Notes: generated by a model from the sequence alone, not told the origin. A stretch of DNA of 64,000 nt from Nibricoccus sp. (GCA_047602425.1 JASGHG010000001.1:1984001-2048000); one strand, 5' to 3'. Positions 48,201 through 58,721 are shown, counted from the stretch's first letter. Translations and numbers: made by a program.

Positions 48201-50872
48201 GAGTTGACCTGCTGATCAACGGCGTCGCCGTCGCGACCCAGATACAAAGCTTCACCACAGCCAACATCGCTCCAGACACGACCGAGCTCTCGGGATCCAC
48301 CGTGCAAGGGCACGCCAGCTACGAGCTATCCACCGCTCTCAGCTCGGCCACGGCTGGTCTTGCCTGGACGGCCAGTTCGAACGATCCGTGGATCAGTTTC
48401 GTCAGCACAAGCGGCACCACCCCTGCCACGTTAAAGGTCAAGGTCGATACCACGAACCTTCCAGTTGGTCTAAAGCAAGGTACCGTAACGGTGACTGGTG
48501 GCGGCGCGAGTTTCACTCTCCCGGTTAAGCTGCAAATCGACGCCCTCACCTTGACCGTGATGCGTTCCGACCCTTCATCGGCTAAGGTTTATGCCGTCAG
48601 CGAAGCAACCGTCACCACCGGAAGCGCGCCGGCCTACCTGCTGGAAATCGACTGTGCCCAGCAAAAAATCGCCCGCGTAGTCCCAGTCGGAACGTCCGTG
48701 ACCGACCTGGCCATTCACCACGGGGACAACCGCGTCTACGTGCCCAATTGGAAACCGGGTGGCCTCCTCGGGATAAACCTAGACACCTTCCAGGTGGAAA
48801 AGACGTTCGCGACGCCACCCTTCGGCGGCGTTGGTTATGGCACAGGCGACGTATATCGCGTTTCTGCCGGTGCCGCCGGTCGCCTCATCTTTGAGGAAGC
48901 AGACCAATGGATCGATGTGTCGCTTTTCAATACTAATACAGGTGCCACGATCACCAAGGCAACGGGATCCTTCTATGCTGGCACAGCCGGCACCTCTGAT
49001 CCGACGGGGCGCTACTATTATCGATACAGCTTAACAAGCCAGAATCCCCTGGTGAAATTTGACCTCGCCGGCGATGTCTTTACGCAAGTGGGCACAGCCA
49101 CCATGCCAAGCGGCAGCGCATCGGGCTCGCGTGGTTTCATACTTTCAGAAAACGCCAACTGTCTTTTCTTCAGCGGCATTATTATGGACAGCAACTTCAA
49201 TCTGATCTGGGCGATGGGCGATCCGATCTACTGCGCCAGCGCAGACGGCAAATACGCCTTCGGCGAAACAAAGATATACGATACCACTCAAAAGGTCCAA
49301 ATTCTCAGCATGCCGCTGAGCACCAAGATCAGCGCTTACAATTCAACCACCCAGAAACTCGTGGTGCAAAATGGCACCAAATTGCTCTTCAGTCCGATTG
49401 GCAGCAGCATCACCTTCACCGCACCGGTCTTAAGCTTCCAGAGCGCCACAACGACATCGATCACCGTCAACTGGACGGACAATAATCTCGAAGTCGGCTT
49501 CACCCTGCAAATGCGCAAGCAAGGCACAACCGACTGGACCGATGTCACACCAGCCATCACCGCCAACACGACCACCAAGATGGTCACGGGGCTCACCAAC
49601 ACCACCACTTACGAATTCCGCGTCAAGGCCGACAGCCCTGCCGCAAGTTCCCCGTGGAGCAACGTTCTCACGGCCATGACCGAAGCCGTCTATACCGGCG
49701 CACAGACCAGAAATGTGACAGACGTAGCCACCTTAACTACTGCAATGAACCAGGCAGCCAATAATCCCTCGGCCACCTTCACCATCAATCTCGCCGCCGG
49801 CACTTACACGCTGGGAACGACTCCTCTGCCGAACATCTCCAGTGCAAACACCACAATTAAAGGCCCGACCACCGGCGATGCCGAGATCGACGGAAGCCTA
49901 GTTTCCACCGGTGTGATCTTCAACATCACCGGCAGCAACGCCTATATCGAAGGCATTGACTTCCTGAATGCATCGAAGCACGCCATAACCATCCAGTGGA
50001 GCGCGAGCAATGGCTTCATCGTTGATTGCGGCTTCTATAGTGCAACCAACACCGCTGCGATCTATGGAACCGGATGCACCGGTTGGTCCATCTATGGCAA
50101 TATTGTCGAAGGAATCGCCGGCACCACGGCAACCGCCGAACCGGCCATATATTTCTTCTCGTCGATTTATAACCTGGAGATTGGTTATAACCTGATACTG
50201 GATTGCGACCGCGGCATTGGCATCGGCACCAGTTCCTACGACTACAACTACAGCACATGGATATACAATAATATGATTTCCGATTCCCGCAGCTCCGGAA
50301 CCTACCCCGGCCCGGGCATCACCACTAATTACGTCAGTTCCGGAGGCGTTTACCACAACTCCGTCTTTCAACTCGGCAACAACACCAACGGCATCGAGTA
50401 CGTCTCCAGCAGTGCCGCGATCGAAAATAACCTAACCAACAAACCTATCAAAGGCACAAACAGCACGTCTGCGGTTGTCAAAACCAACAATAGCTCAGCC
50501 GTGGCCTCGTGGTTCAAAGACCCTGCCTACTGCGATCTGCGCCTGACTTCAGCCATTAGTGGCGTGGTCGATGCGGGAACCACCATACCAGAGATAACCT
50601 ATGACATTGAAGGCAACAGTCGGCCCACCGGCAGCGGTTACGATATTGGCGCGGACGAGTATGTGCCTACGTCGTCAAGTTCTTCCTCATCCGGCTCCTC
50701 CAGCAGTTCCGGTTCGTCGTCAAGCTCCTCTTCGTCGAGCAGCAGCGGCTCATCGAGCGGCCCAGCCCCATCCTCAGGCGGAGGTGGCGGCGGCGCCCCG
50801 AGCCTTTTGTATTTTACGGCTCTGCTGCTTCTAGCGTTGACCCGCAACGCAAATCGCAAGGTACGTCACTAA
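45248..50872 (+). CDS. Large surface protein: repeated Ig/BACON plus beta-propeller units, FN3, beta-helix, Ser-rich linker, GlyGly-CTERM-like anchor
   Basis: Signal peptide. WTASS..PWI....SGTTPATL.V (BACON-like). YYWRVD. TTYEFRVKA (FN3). YDIGADEY. Poly-Ser, then GGGGGGAPSLLYFTALLLLALTRNANRK. Confidence 0.8.
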   Translation: MHHVKFLGRRLRLLSGLFTALFCLVNAHGAPTFHVNTTQLDLAIPAGVNHLPLNVPVVAGSTSLDLTNVTVASDASWVTPAIDKTNNVIALTFSTTALIAASNTATITVSDGTNSEQFFVKVGVAILNIVGLVDDPVRSRTYAIHQNALNLGAVVIFNPISGTSVGCITVGKKPTDLAIKPDGSELLVICSVSQNITAINLQTQKAGEIIALPAYVDWGQNDTSANVEYGPNNIIYYTDGSWAPMLKVLNRQTGTVLQSLTLNSDGYGFGDIVVSPDKQSLYGWAQYGWSAGMAGSSGRKFSINSDGTVTAGNATQVASYPNGMLRDPMDTPALMSRDGSLVFLKQFVFDPASFGNSLKAFPTPVYAISPNGEIVSTSTALYEYSTGNKLYTLPSTATVQTYTSDYSRLVYFDATAKQLKTVNLLDTIGAEKLGLQITPANGAIVQIPTKLQWTTVAGVDSYNVYFGTSASAVTSATTASAEYLGQTNGNFINLTGALTPGTTYYWRVDAVNGTDIAPGAVNSFTVALIASSLSSINATTVSAHDCYQVSLSLTSAVPGIAWTASSANPWITVSSGSGTTPATLQVTLNATSLAAGLNQGSVSISVNGGAFSIPVKLQVDPLALTVIRSDPGSTKLYAISEAIDTGGGTSRAYLLEIDSLLKKATRVVPVGTSATDLAIHHGDNRIYVPNWKPGGLLAVNLTTFLVEKTFATPPFGGVGSSTSDVYRVSPGASGRLIVESEDQWITVALFNTTTGTSVKANGSHYRGGGASDPTGRYYYRYGSISLASLEKFDLAGDALTILQTAVQPSSGAYGPRGLIISENGSRIISNGAVLDTNFGAIWMIGDPIYSTSADGRYAFGETKIYDTQTKQTLGTMPVSTKMSAFNSATNRLVVQNGAALAFYSPLGIGLLGANITPKDGAIVVPPTLVQWTAVPGVTSYQVYLGDSPDTVARATASSSEYLGEVTAPSKTLPPTLVSGKTYYWRVDLLINGVAVATQIQSFTTANIAPDTTELSGSTVQGHASYELSTALSSATAGLAWTASSNDPWISFVSTSGTTPATLKVKVDTTNLPVGLKQGTVTVTGGGASFTLPVKLQIDALTLTVMRSDPSSAKVYAVSEATVTTGSAPAYLLEIDCAQQKIARVVPVGTSVTDLAIHHGDNRVYVPNWKPGGLLGINLDTFQVEKTFATPPFGGVGYGTGDVYRVSAGAAGRLIFEEADQWIDVSLFNTNTGATITKATGSFYAGTAGTSDPTGRYYYRYSLTSQNPLVKFDLAGDVFTQVGTATMPSGSASGSRGFILSENANCLFFSGIIMDSNFNLIWAMGDPIYCASADGKYAFGETKIYDTTQKVQILSMPLSTKISAYNSTTQKLVVQNGTKLLFSPIGSSITFTAPVLSFQSATTTSITVNWTDNNLEVGFTLQMRKQGTTDWTDVTPAITANTTTKMVTGLTNTTTYEFRVKADSPAASSPWSNVLTAMTEAVYTGAQTRNVTDVATLTTAMNQAANNPSATFTINLAAGTYTLGTTPLPNISSANTTIKGPTTGDAEIDGSLVSTGVIFNITGSNAYIEGIDFLNASKHAITIQWSASNGFIVDCGFYSATNTAAIYGTGCTGWSIYGNIVEGIAGTTATAEPAIYFFSSIYNLEIGYNLILDCDRGIGIGTSSYDYNYSTWIYNNMISDSRSSGTYPGPGITTNYVSSGGVYHNSVFQLGNNTNGIEYVSSSAAIENNLTNKPIKGTNSTSAVVKTNNSSAVASWFKDPAYCDLRLTSAISGVVDAGTTIPEITYDIEGNSRPTGSGYDIGADEYVPTSSSSSSSGSSSSSGSSSSSSSSSSSGSSSGPAPSSGGGGGGAPSLLYFTALLLLALTRNANRKVRH
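46556..49400 (+). repeat. Intragenic tandem duplication (~478 aa unit)
   Basis: ITPANGAIV at 46556 and ITPKDGAIV at 47990 (1434 bp apart). Both units contain TDLAIHHGDNR.YVPNWKPGGLL and EKTFATPPFGGVG. Confidence 0.85.
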
Positions 50873-51021
50873 TACGGCTAAGGTTGGTTGGGGTCAGGAA
50901 TCCGTTCTACACAATTTCCTCGATCCCAGCCATCAGACTGTTGCGAGAAAATATAGCGCGGCCGACAATTCGGCATGCTTCTTCCTTGCGGCGGTGCCCT
51001 TCGGACGTGACCAATAGCGGC

Positions 51022-51729
51022 GTGTCTTCGCCACGTCGTATTGATCAACTGCTCGCCAATCTCGGCTATTGTTCGCGCCGGGAGGCGCGGGATTGGGTCG
51101 ATGCCGGGCGCGTGACAGTTCGCGGCGAGCGGGTCGACGATTCGGGGCAGAAAGCAATTCCGGAGGACGTGAAGGTCGATAACGAACTACTCGATCATCC
51201 TAACGGATTGCTGCTTCTCGTGCACAAGCCGCTCGGCCTCGTTTGTTCGCATGATGAACGCGAGGGGCCCAATATCTACAGCATGCTTCCCGAACGCTGG
51301 CGGCGGCGCAATCCGCAGGTCACCAGCGTGGGTCGCCTCGACAAGGACACCAGCGGCCTTCTTCTCCTCACCGATCAGACGGCACTCGTGCACAAGCTCA
51401 CCTTACCCAAGCACAAGGTCCAAAAGCATTATCTCGCCACCGTCAATGGCTCGCTCAAGCCGGAGCTCATCCCGCTCTTCGCCAGCGGCACCTTGCTCCT
51501 GGCCGGAGAGAAAGAACCGTGCCTGCCGGCGGAGTTGCGTATTCTGGATTCCACTACGGCCGAAATTATTTTGACCGAGGGACGTTATCACCAGGTGCGT
51601 CGCATGTTCGCGAGTCAGGGCTGCGAAGTGGTTACTTTACATCGCAGTCGCTTCGGCGATCTCGATCTTGGGGATTTGGCTCCCGGCCAGTGGCGCGAAT
51701 TGCCACTGGACTATTTCGGCGGGGCCTGA
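51022..51729 (+). CDS. RsuA-family rRNA pseudouridine synthase
   Basis: RIDQLLANLGYCSRREA (S4 domain), HKP.G, VGRLDKDTSGLLL, EGRYHQVRRMF. GTG start inferred. Confidence 0.9.
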   Translation: MSSPRRIDQLLANLGYCSRREARDWVDAGRVTVRGERVDDSGQKAIPEDVKVDNELLDHPNGLLLLVHKPLGLVCSHDEREGPNIYSMLPERWRRRNPQVTSVGRLDKDTSGLLLLTDQTALVHKLTLPKHKVQKHYLATVNGSLKPELIPLFASGTLLLAGEKEPCLPAELRILDSTTAEIILTEGRYHQVRRMFASQGCEVVTLHRSRFGDLDLGDLAPGQWRELPLDYFGGA

Positions 51730-51852
51730 CTCGTTTCACCACGGGAGCCACTGTGCTTAACCGCAGAGATCGTAGAGGAAAAGCAAGTCCGCTGACTTCC
51801 GCGAAAATTGTTTTCCCATCTGCGCGCAACCCTGCCATTCCGTGGTTAAAAT

Positions 51853-52173
51853 ATGTACGACTATCCGCTCACCGGCGCTCAGAAAACTTTCCTTCGCGGA
51901 CTTGGCCAGCAAATGGATGCTTCGCTCAAAGTCGGCCGGGCTGGCCTCTCCCCCACTTTCTACAAAGAGCTGCAACATGCGCTCAATCACGGCGAGTTGG
52001 TGAAGCTCCGTTTCCTCGGCGCCGACCGCGACGAGCGTGCTGCTCTCTGCGCACAGATTGCCGATGAGGGACGCTGCGTTTGTGTCGGAGCCGTCGGACA
52101 CACTGCGCTGTTTTTCCGCCGACAGTCGGACCCGAGGCAGCGTGCCATCGATCTGCCTGACGAAGCGGATTGA
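51853..52173 (+). CDS. yhbY: YhbY-family RNA-binding protein (CRM domain)
   Basis: LTGAQKTFLRGLG, VG..GL, L..GELVKLR, VGH...FR. Confidence 0.8.
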   Translation: MYDYPLTGAQKTFLRGLGQQMDASLKVGRAGLSPTFYKELQHALNHGELVKLRFLGADRDERAALCAQIADEGRCVCVGAVGHTALFFRRQSDPRQRAIDLPDEAD

Positions 52174-52300
52174 CGCCTTACAACCGCAGTCCCAGCCCGC
52201 TCAACACGCCGTCCGACCTCTTCTCTAAAACTCATATTCGCAGGTCGAAAAAGCCGGTATCGTTGTAACCTTTCCAACCACGATCACGTATTCCAACCAC

Positions 52301-53221
52301 ATGAGCATGCGTACCATTTTCGCTTCAATATTGTTCCTGTCCCTTTGCGCCTGCGCGTTTGCCCAGTCCGAACTCATGCCCGAAACCGGATCCCTCGGTC
52401 TGACCGTCAACGCACGTATGACCGGTTCGGTGAATTCCAAATTAAAGCGCGACGGCACCACTTACGACCAGATTGATACTAGTTCGGCAGAGATCGGTCT
52501 CACCCAAACCATCCGCCTGAACAAAGGAAACTCGCTTAGGCTCAGCCTCGAACGCCAACGCACCACCATCGACCAGGACCTCAATGCAGACGATCCCGTT
52601 GTGCCGCTGCCCGACGAACTCAATTCCCTCAGTGCGGCTGTCGCCTATACGCATATCGCCAGTCCGGCGTGGATCTTCACGGGACGAGTCGGGGCAGGAA
52701 GCCACGTAACCGACACCGGCCTCCTGTCCGAGGGCTGGGCGGCCAATGCGATGGCCATGACCATCTACAATCGCAGCAAGACGCTCACCTATATGTTTGG
52801 CCTGGTCTATGGTTCGAACATGGAAGACTTGCGCATCCTTCCCATCTTCGGCCTTAACTGGCGGCCATCTCCAAAATGGTCCATTGCCGTGGGCTTTCCG
52901 AAAACCGGCGCAACTTATCATTTCAACAAAGCGCTTTCCCTTGGGCTCGGTTTTTCCGGAGGCGGTGGTTCCTATTATGTGAAAACTGATCCACGGTCCC
53001 ACCCGAGCGCGAGTTCGCAACCGCTCGGCGATACCTGGCTTCAGCAGCGCGACATCCGGCTCGGTTTCGACGCCAATTGGAAGATCAACCAAACGGTCCG
53101 CATCTCCGGCGCCATCGGCCAGGTGTTGTATCGAAAATTCAAGTACGTCGACCGCGACTTCGAGCTGAAATCCGACAACTTCGCACCTTTCGTCTCCGTC
53201 GCCGGCCTCATTTCGTTTTAA
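52301..53221 (+). CDS. Outer-membrane beta-barrel protein (DUF6268-like)
   Basis: Signal peptide, amphipathic strands, LPIFGLNWRP..W....GFP, terminal Phe. Confidence 0.65.
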   Translation: MSMRTIFASILFLSLCACAFAQSELMPETGSLGLTVNARMTGSVNSKLKRDGTTYDQIDTSSAEIGLTQTIRLNKGNSLRLSLERQRTTIDQDLNADDPVVPLPDELNSLSAAVAYTHIASPAWIFTGRVGAGSHVTDTGLLSEGWAANAMAMTIYNRSKTLTYMFGLVYGSNMEDLRILPIFGLNWRPSPKWSIAVGFPKTGATYHFNKALSLGLGFSGGGGSYYVKTDPRSHPSASSQPLGDTWLQQRDIRLGFDANWKINQTVRISGAIGQVLYRKFKYVDRDFELKSDNFAPFVSVAGLISF

Positions 53222-53327
53222 GCTAATCGACGCAGGCAGGTGGAACGCATTGCCCCAATGCGCTGGTTTTAGAACAACGTTGCCAAGCGCGTTGAAGTCA
53301 ACGCGCTCCACCTCGACTTCGCTATCT

Positions 53328-55505
53328 TCAACGCGACAGTGACCGCAAGAGGCTTTGAGCCTTACGGTGTGCCGGGGCGTTTTTCAGCGCGCGTTGGACC
53401 GCCGCCAAGGCGCCGGCACGATCCCCCTTGCGCGCTAGAACCGTAGCCAACGCATAGGAGTAATCCGGGGATTCAGGTCGCAGCTGTTCGGCTCGTGACA
53501 ACGCTTCTGCCGCTTCCGCCAGGTTTTCTTGTTGGGCGAGTAACAGACCGAGATTGTACCAGCCACGATCGAGCTGCGGGTCACGCGTCACGCTCTGGCG
53601 CATCCAATATTCCGCTCGGCCTTGGTCGCCCGCCTCGGCCCATGCCAGTGCCGCGCGCAATGCCTGTCCGTCGTCACTTGGCGCCAAACCAGCAGCGCGA
53701 TCCATTCTAACCGCAGCCTCAGACGAACGACCTTGTCCCGCCAAAAGCAGTCCGAGCGCGTCTTGATAACCCGCGGCATGCGGATCCCATTTCGTCGCCT
53801 GCAGAATTTCTTTTTCCGCTTCGTCGGCGCGATCGCGATTCGCCAGGTCCGTGCCGAGACGAAAGCGTCCGCCCGGCTGATCGAGATCGAGCGCAAGGTA
53901 TGCATCGAGCTCCTTGCGAGCCGTCGAATCAGCCGGCAGCTCGGCGCTCAAGAGCCATTCCGCCTCTATTCGCACCAGTCGCACCGGATCTTGCAAGGCC
54001 AAGCGAATCTGTTCAGCCGAACCTTCCAATTTACCCAAAAGTCGCACGGCGGCTGCCCGCTCGATGGGATCGCTGGAAGCCAGTGCCTGAGCTGCCACCG
54101 CCTGGTCGCGGGCTGAATCACGGTCAGGCAGTTCCACGAGCAGGGAAAGAAACGTCGCGCGCCAAGCGGGGATATCCTCGGTGGCGAACAGATCGTAGAG
54201 CCGCGCTGCCGCGCCCGTTTTGTTTGCCTGGGCGGCAACAACTGCGCGCGCCCGGGCGCGTTGCTTCGAATTGAGTTTTTCACCGTACCATTCGTTGGCT
54301 TTCGCAATATTCCATTCGAGCGGTTTGTCCGCATGACATTTGCTGCACGCGTTAGGAATGCCGAGCTCTTGCGTCATCAATGGGTCGGGTTTCAGCCAGC
54401 CGTGGTCATGGCGGGGCGCGCGCTGCATGTAATTGGTCGTCGGCATGTGGCAGCCGACGCAGGTATTACCGGCATTATCGGCCTTGTGGTGGGAATGACT
54501 GGTTGGGTCAATCGGGATCGCGCGCGTGCCGTTGGCTTGCACACGGCCTTCACCTCCGTGGCATTGCAGACACAGCGCATTGTCGTTTGCCGGCAGGCGC
54601 GTACGAGTCGTATGCGGATCGTGACAATCCATGCAGGTCACGCCGGCGTGGCCCATGCGACTCAGCAAAATGGAAGTCCAGTTGAAGTCCTCATCGCGCT
54701 GCTGTCCGTCTGGATAAAACGTTGCCGCATGAACAGGAAGCGCAGCGCGGAAAAAATCGTTGTAGGGATCGCCTGGTTGGAAGTCCGGTGCAATCGGTTC
54801 GCCGCGCGCATGACAAGTTGCGCAGGTCTGCATCATTTTCCCGCGATCACCGTAAAACGGCGGTTGCGGCATGCTTGTGCCGCTCTTTTTCGCGGCGCGC
54901 CCGTGCGTGGTGGTGGTAGGACCATGACATTGAATGCAACCCACGCCATGTTCGACCCAAGTGGATTTGTAGGTGTCGGTCGCGGGAGAATAATTTTTCT
55001 GATAACCCGTCATGTGGCATTGGGCGCACATGGAGTTCCAATTCATGCCCCGCCCCGTCCAGTGACCCCATTCACCCGGCTGGCGATTCTCCGCGCCGAA
55101 GACGTTAAACCAATCCTTCTTCGCCGGATCGTAAGCGAGTTCGTGTGGCTGCCAGCGTCCATCGCCACTCGGAAACAACGGTTGCCAGAGCGGCTTGTGA
55201 CCCAAGATAAATTCCGGCGCAGTTCCAGGACCGACGCCCGACGCAGAATGAAATGTCGCCAACGCTTCAGCATCTTTCGTGAGATCAACCGGCCGATTGG
55301 CCAGAGCATGATCGGTTTCGGCCCAAGCTAGGAAAATCTCTTCGTGGCACTCCCGGCATGAAGTCGAGCGTTGCGCCATGGCGGCCGCCACGCTTTTGGG
55401 ACGCGTCGGCAAGGGCTTGCGGCAAGCGTCCGCCGCCAGAAGGAGGCCGACACCTACACAAGCGAGGCACAGACGGCGCAGGACCACTTTTGTTTTCCAA
55501 ACCAC
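53328..55505 (-). CDS. Multiheme c-type cytochrome fused to HEAT/TPR repeats
   Basis: Eight CxxCH motifs (CRECH, CAQCH, CIQCH, CATCH, CMDCH, CLQCH, CVGCH, CSKCH). C-terminal TPRs (WYNLGLLL). Start uncertain (GTG at 55505 or 55487). Confidence 0.85.
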   Translation of the reverse strand: MVWKTKVVLRRLCLACVGVGLLLAADACRKPLPTRPKSVAAAMAQRSTSCRECHEEIFLAWAETDHALANRPVDLTKDAEALATFHSASGVGPGTAPEFILGHKPLWQPLFPSGDGRWQPHELAYDPAKKDWFNVFGAENRQPGEWGHWTGRGMNWNSMCAQCHMTGYQKNYSPATDTYKSTWVEHGVGCIQCHGPTTTTHGRAAKKSGTSMPQPPFYGDRGKMMQTCATCHARGEPIAPDFQPGDPYNDFFRAALPVHAATFYPDGQQRDEDFNWTSILLSRMGHAGVTCMDCHDPHTTRTRLPANDNALCLQCHGGEGRVQANGTRAIPIDPTSHSHHKADNAGNTCVGCHMPTTNYMQRAPRHDHGWLKPDPLMTQELGIPNACSKCHADKPLEWNIAKANEWYGEKLNSKQRARARAVVAAQANKTGAAARLYDLFATEDIPAWRATFLSLLVELPDRDSARDQAVAAQALASSDPIERAAAVRLLGKLEGSAEQIRLALQDPVRLVRIEAEWLLSAELPADSTARKELDAYLALDLDQPGGRFRLGTDLANRDRADEAEKEILQATKWDPHAAGYQDALGLLLAGQGRSSEAAVRMDRAAGLAPSDDGQALRAALAWAEAGDQGRAEYWMRQSVTRDPQLDRGWYNLGLLLAQQENLAEAAEALSRAEQLRPESPDYSYALATVLARKGDRAGALAAVQRALKNAPAHRKAQSLLRSLSR

Positions 55506-55638
55506 CCCAATAGCACGCCGCAGCGACTTGCCGCTGGCAATACCAACTCTATATACAACACGTTGACAGCGCGCGATCCCGAGTCGCAGTGGCGGCCCGG
55601 TGTAACATTTACCCGCCTCGCTTACGTCTGAGGTCCGT

Positions 55639-56163
55639 ATGAAATTTTCCGCCGCCAACTTGTCCCGGTCTTTTTCGAACTATTCTGTTTCATCCGGCAT
55701 TTTCGTCGCGAGCCTTAGTCTTGCCGCTTTGTTGTCGGGTTGTGTGGTAGCAGGGCCACGCCGGGCTGCGCGCGTCACGGTTGTCGAGCGCAGCGGACCC
55801 CCCGTTCCACCGCCGCCTCCTGTGGTCGTAGCGCCGCCGCACCGCCACGACGTCGTAGTCATTCGCGAAACACCGCCGCCTCCTCCCCGTGTGGTGGTTG
55901 TGGAGCGCGGTCTTCCTCCACCGCCAGCCGTTTCAATTGTCGTTCACGCTCCGCCACCGCCGCTTCAGGTCGAAGTCAGAGGCCATCGGCCGTCGCACCG
56001 GCACGTCTGGTGTGCCGGACATTGGCGTTATCAGGGGGCACGTTACGTCTGGATTCCCGGGCATTGGGAACTTCCTCCACGCTCCCATGCCGTTTACATT
56101 GCACCCCATTGGGAATCCCGAGGTGGCGGCCACGTGTTCGTTGAGGGTTATTGGAAAATGTAA
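55639..56163 (+). CDS. Proline-rich YXWGXW-repeat lipoprotein
   Basis: Lipobox LSGC. PPPP runs. VWCAGHW, VWIPGHW, YIAPHW, FVEGYW. Confidence 0.8.
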   Translation: MKFSAANLSRSFSNYSVSSGIFVASLSLAALLSGCVVAGPRRAARVTVVERSGPPVPPPPPVVVAPPHRHDVVVIRETPPPPPRVVVVERGLPPPPAVSIVVHAPPPPLQVEVRGHRPSHRHVWCAGHWRYQGARYVWIPGHWELPPRSHAVYIAPHWESRGGGHVFVEGYWKM

Positions 56164-56687
56164 GCGCAGGGATCGACAAGCCTTCCCAGCTCTTTTTCGC
56201 CAGATCTCGCGGCCCAAATCGGAAAAGCGGCCTACCGTTTTTCCGCGATGGGTGCCGGACATGATACCGCTTGCGCGTTCCACCCACACGCGCGGAGACA
56301 AATCGACGTTGATTTGGCAAAAGCTGAGACCGCCAGCACCAACTGCCGATTTGCTGCCCAGTTTGCTTTAGCTTTTTCGTCCTTTTTTTGGGCTAAACGC
56401 GCAGCAAAATCCGTTCGAGTCCCCGCCGCAAAACGCCGAAGTGATGGGCTGAAATTTATGGCGATTCGGCCGCAGAGGAGTTGGTTTTGCCACAAAAACG
56501 ACGGTGAAAACGCCCTCGAAAACGGGAGATTTTCCTCGGTTTTTTCGTGTTTTTTGCGCGAAATCAGGCGAAAGACGCGTTTTTTTGGCAAAAATTCAAG
56601 GATTGCATCGTTTATGAAACATCTTTTGAACAAGCCGCAAAGTTTCTCTACTAACGCCTATCAGCATTCACTTAACCGAGGCATAAC

Positions 56688-57188
56688 TTGGACCTAAAAC
56701 AAATCAAACAGCTCATCGATTTAATGACCCGCTCTGACCTCACCGAATTTGAGGTCGAAGAAGAGGGCTTCAAGCTCAAGATCCGCCGCGGCCCAAATGG
56801 CCAGCCTGTTATTTCATCGGGTCGTAGTTCCGCAGCTCCGTTTACCAGCACCGATGCCGCTCCCGTAGTGACCGCCGCACCGGTCCCCGTTGCCGCCGTT
56901 CCAGTCGCAGCGACTCCTGTAGCTCCGGCCGCCGCCGAAGAAGCAGGTATCATCTACATCAAGTCGCCCATGGTCGGCACCTTCTACAGCTCGCCGTCTC
57001 CGGAGAGCAAAGCTTTCGCCGAAAAGGGAACCAAGGTCGTCGAAAACACCGTCGTCTGCATTATCGAGGCGATGAAGATCATGAACGAGATTCAGGCGGA
57101 ACTCAAAGGAACCGTCGTCGAAGTTCTTGTCGAAAGCGGTCAACCCGTCGAATACGGTCAACGTCTCTTCAAGGTTAAACAAGGCTAA
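56688..57188 (+). CDS. accB: Acetyl-CoA carboxylase biotin carboxyl carrier protein
   Basis: [13 protein letters not shown] biotinylation motif, [13 protein letters not shown] start preceded by GAGG. Confidence 0.95.
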   Translation: MDLKQIKQLIDLMTRSDLTEFEVEEEGFKLKIRRGPNGQPVISSGRSSAAPFTSTDAAPVVTAAPVPVAAVPVAATPVAPAAAEEAGIIYIKSPMVGTFYSSPSPESKAFAEKGTKVVENTVVCIIEAMKIMNEIQAELKGTVVEVLVESGQPVEYGQRLFKVKQG

Positions 57189-57263
57189 GCCATTAACCAC
57201 TAACAACACCGAGCGCGTCGTTCTCGCACGGCGCCCGGTGCAGCTTAGTGGTTTTCTCATTTT

Positions 57264-58628
57264 ATGATCCAAAAGGTCCTCATCGCCAACCGCGGTGAAA
57301 TCGCACTCCGCATCGTTCGCGCCTGCCGCGAACTCGGCATCAAGACTCTCGCTGTTTATTCCGAGGCGGATATCCAATCTCTTCACGTCCAGCTGGCCGA
57401 CGAAGCCATTTGCATCGGCGGACCCAAAAGCGCCGATAGCTACCTCCGCGCCGACCGCATTATCAGCGCCGCCGAAATCGCCGACGTCGATGCCATCCAT
57501 CCTGGCTATGGCTTCCTCTCGGAAAACGCGAAATTCGCCGAGCAGTGCGAGTCCTGCAATATCAAGTTCATCGGCCCAAAATCCAAGTCCATCAAGATGA
57601 TGGGCGACAAAGCCATCGCCAAAGACACCGTTAAAAAAGCGGGCGTCCCCACCGTTCCCGGCAGCGATGGCCCCGTCGAAAGCGAAACCGAGGCGGTCAA
57701 GATCGCCCGCAAAATTGGCTATCCCGTCATCATTAAAGCCGTCGCCGGCGGCGGCGGTCGTGGCATGCGCATCGCCCATAACGACGTTTCCTTTGCCAAG
57801 GAATATCATGTGGCTCGCAACGAAGCCGAAAAAGCCTTCGGCAACGGCGCCGTTTACATCGAGAAATACATCGAACGCCCCCGCCACATCGAGTTCCAGA
57901 TCCTCGCCGATAGCCACGGCAAAGTCGTGCATCTCGGCGAACGCGATTGTTCCATTCAGCGTCGCCACCAAAAGCTGATCGAAGAATCGCCCTCGCCTTT
58001 CCTCAACGCCGACCTCCGCAAAAAGATGGGTAAGGCCGCCGTTCGCGCCGCCGAAGCCGCCGACTACGAAAACGCCGGCACCATCGAGTTCCTCGTCGAT
58101 GCCAAGGGGAATTTTTATTTCATCGAGATGAACACGCGCATTCAGGTCGAGCATCCCGTGACCGAGGAATGCACCGGCATCGACTTGATTAAACAACAGA
58201 TCCGCATCGCCAATGGCCTGAAACTCGAATTCGACCAAAGCGATATCAAGTGGGAAAAACACGCGATCGAGTGCCGCATCAACGCTGAGGATCCCGCGCG
58301 CAATTTTGCACCTTCGCCCGGCACCATCGGTCTCTACTATGCCCCCGGCGGCCATGGCGTGCGCGTCGACAGCCACGCGTACAGCGGTTATGCGATTCCG
58401 CCGTATTACGATTCGATGATCGGCAAACTCATTTGTTTCGGGTCGACCCGAAAAATCGCCCTTGAACGTGCCTACCGCGCCCTCAACGAGTACCTCATCC
58501 GCGGCATCAAAACCACCATCCCGCTCCACAAGGCGATCATGAGCGATCCCATCTTCATCGAAGGCAAAGCCACGACGGCCTACATGGAAGACTTCTTGAA
58601 ACGCACGCCGCCAGATTTGTTCACCTGA
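57264..58628 (+). CDS. accC: Acetyl-CoA carboxylase biotin carboxylase subunit
   Basis: [65 protein letters not shown]. Confidence 0.97.
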   Translation: MIQKVLIANRGEIALRIVRACRELGIKTLAVYSEADIQSLHVQLADEAICIGGPKSADSYLRADRIISAAEIADVDAIHPGYGFLSENAKFAEQCESCNIKFIGPKSKSIKMMGDKAIAKDTVKKAGVPTVPGSDGPVESETEAVKIARKIGYPVIIKAVAGGGGRGMRIAHNDVSFAKEYHVARNEAEKAFGNGAVYIEKYIERPRHIEFQILADSHGKVVHLGERDCSIQRRHQKLIEESPSPFLNADLRKKMGKAAVRAAEAADYENAGTIEFLVDAKGNFYFIEMNTRIQVEHPVTEECTGIDLIKQQIRIANGLKLEFDQSDIKWEKHAIECRINAEDPARNFAPSPGTIGLYYAPGGHGVRVDSHAYSGYAIPPYYDSMIGKLICFGSTRKIALERAYRALNEYLIRGIKTTIPLHKAIMSDPIFIEGKATTAYMEDFLKRTPPDLFT

Positions 58629-58721
58629 TCCGTCTCGCGCAAAAAACTCAACGCTGCGGCCTCAACGGAAAGACCAAAGCCCCGCCTTGAAACTTTCTCC
58701 CAACTAAGGCTACTTAACGGC

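Noticed and set aside
50668..50795. Microsatellite or contingency repeat
   Set aside because: It encodes a Ser/Gly linker with mixed codons and is not a perfect nucleotide repeat.
56814..58529. 571-aa minus-strand ORF, and similar long shadow ORFs (33159-34088, 36671-37606, 42359-43480, 54261-55331)
   Set aside because: Antisense shadows of well-supported genes, expected in GC-rich DNA with biased codon usage.
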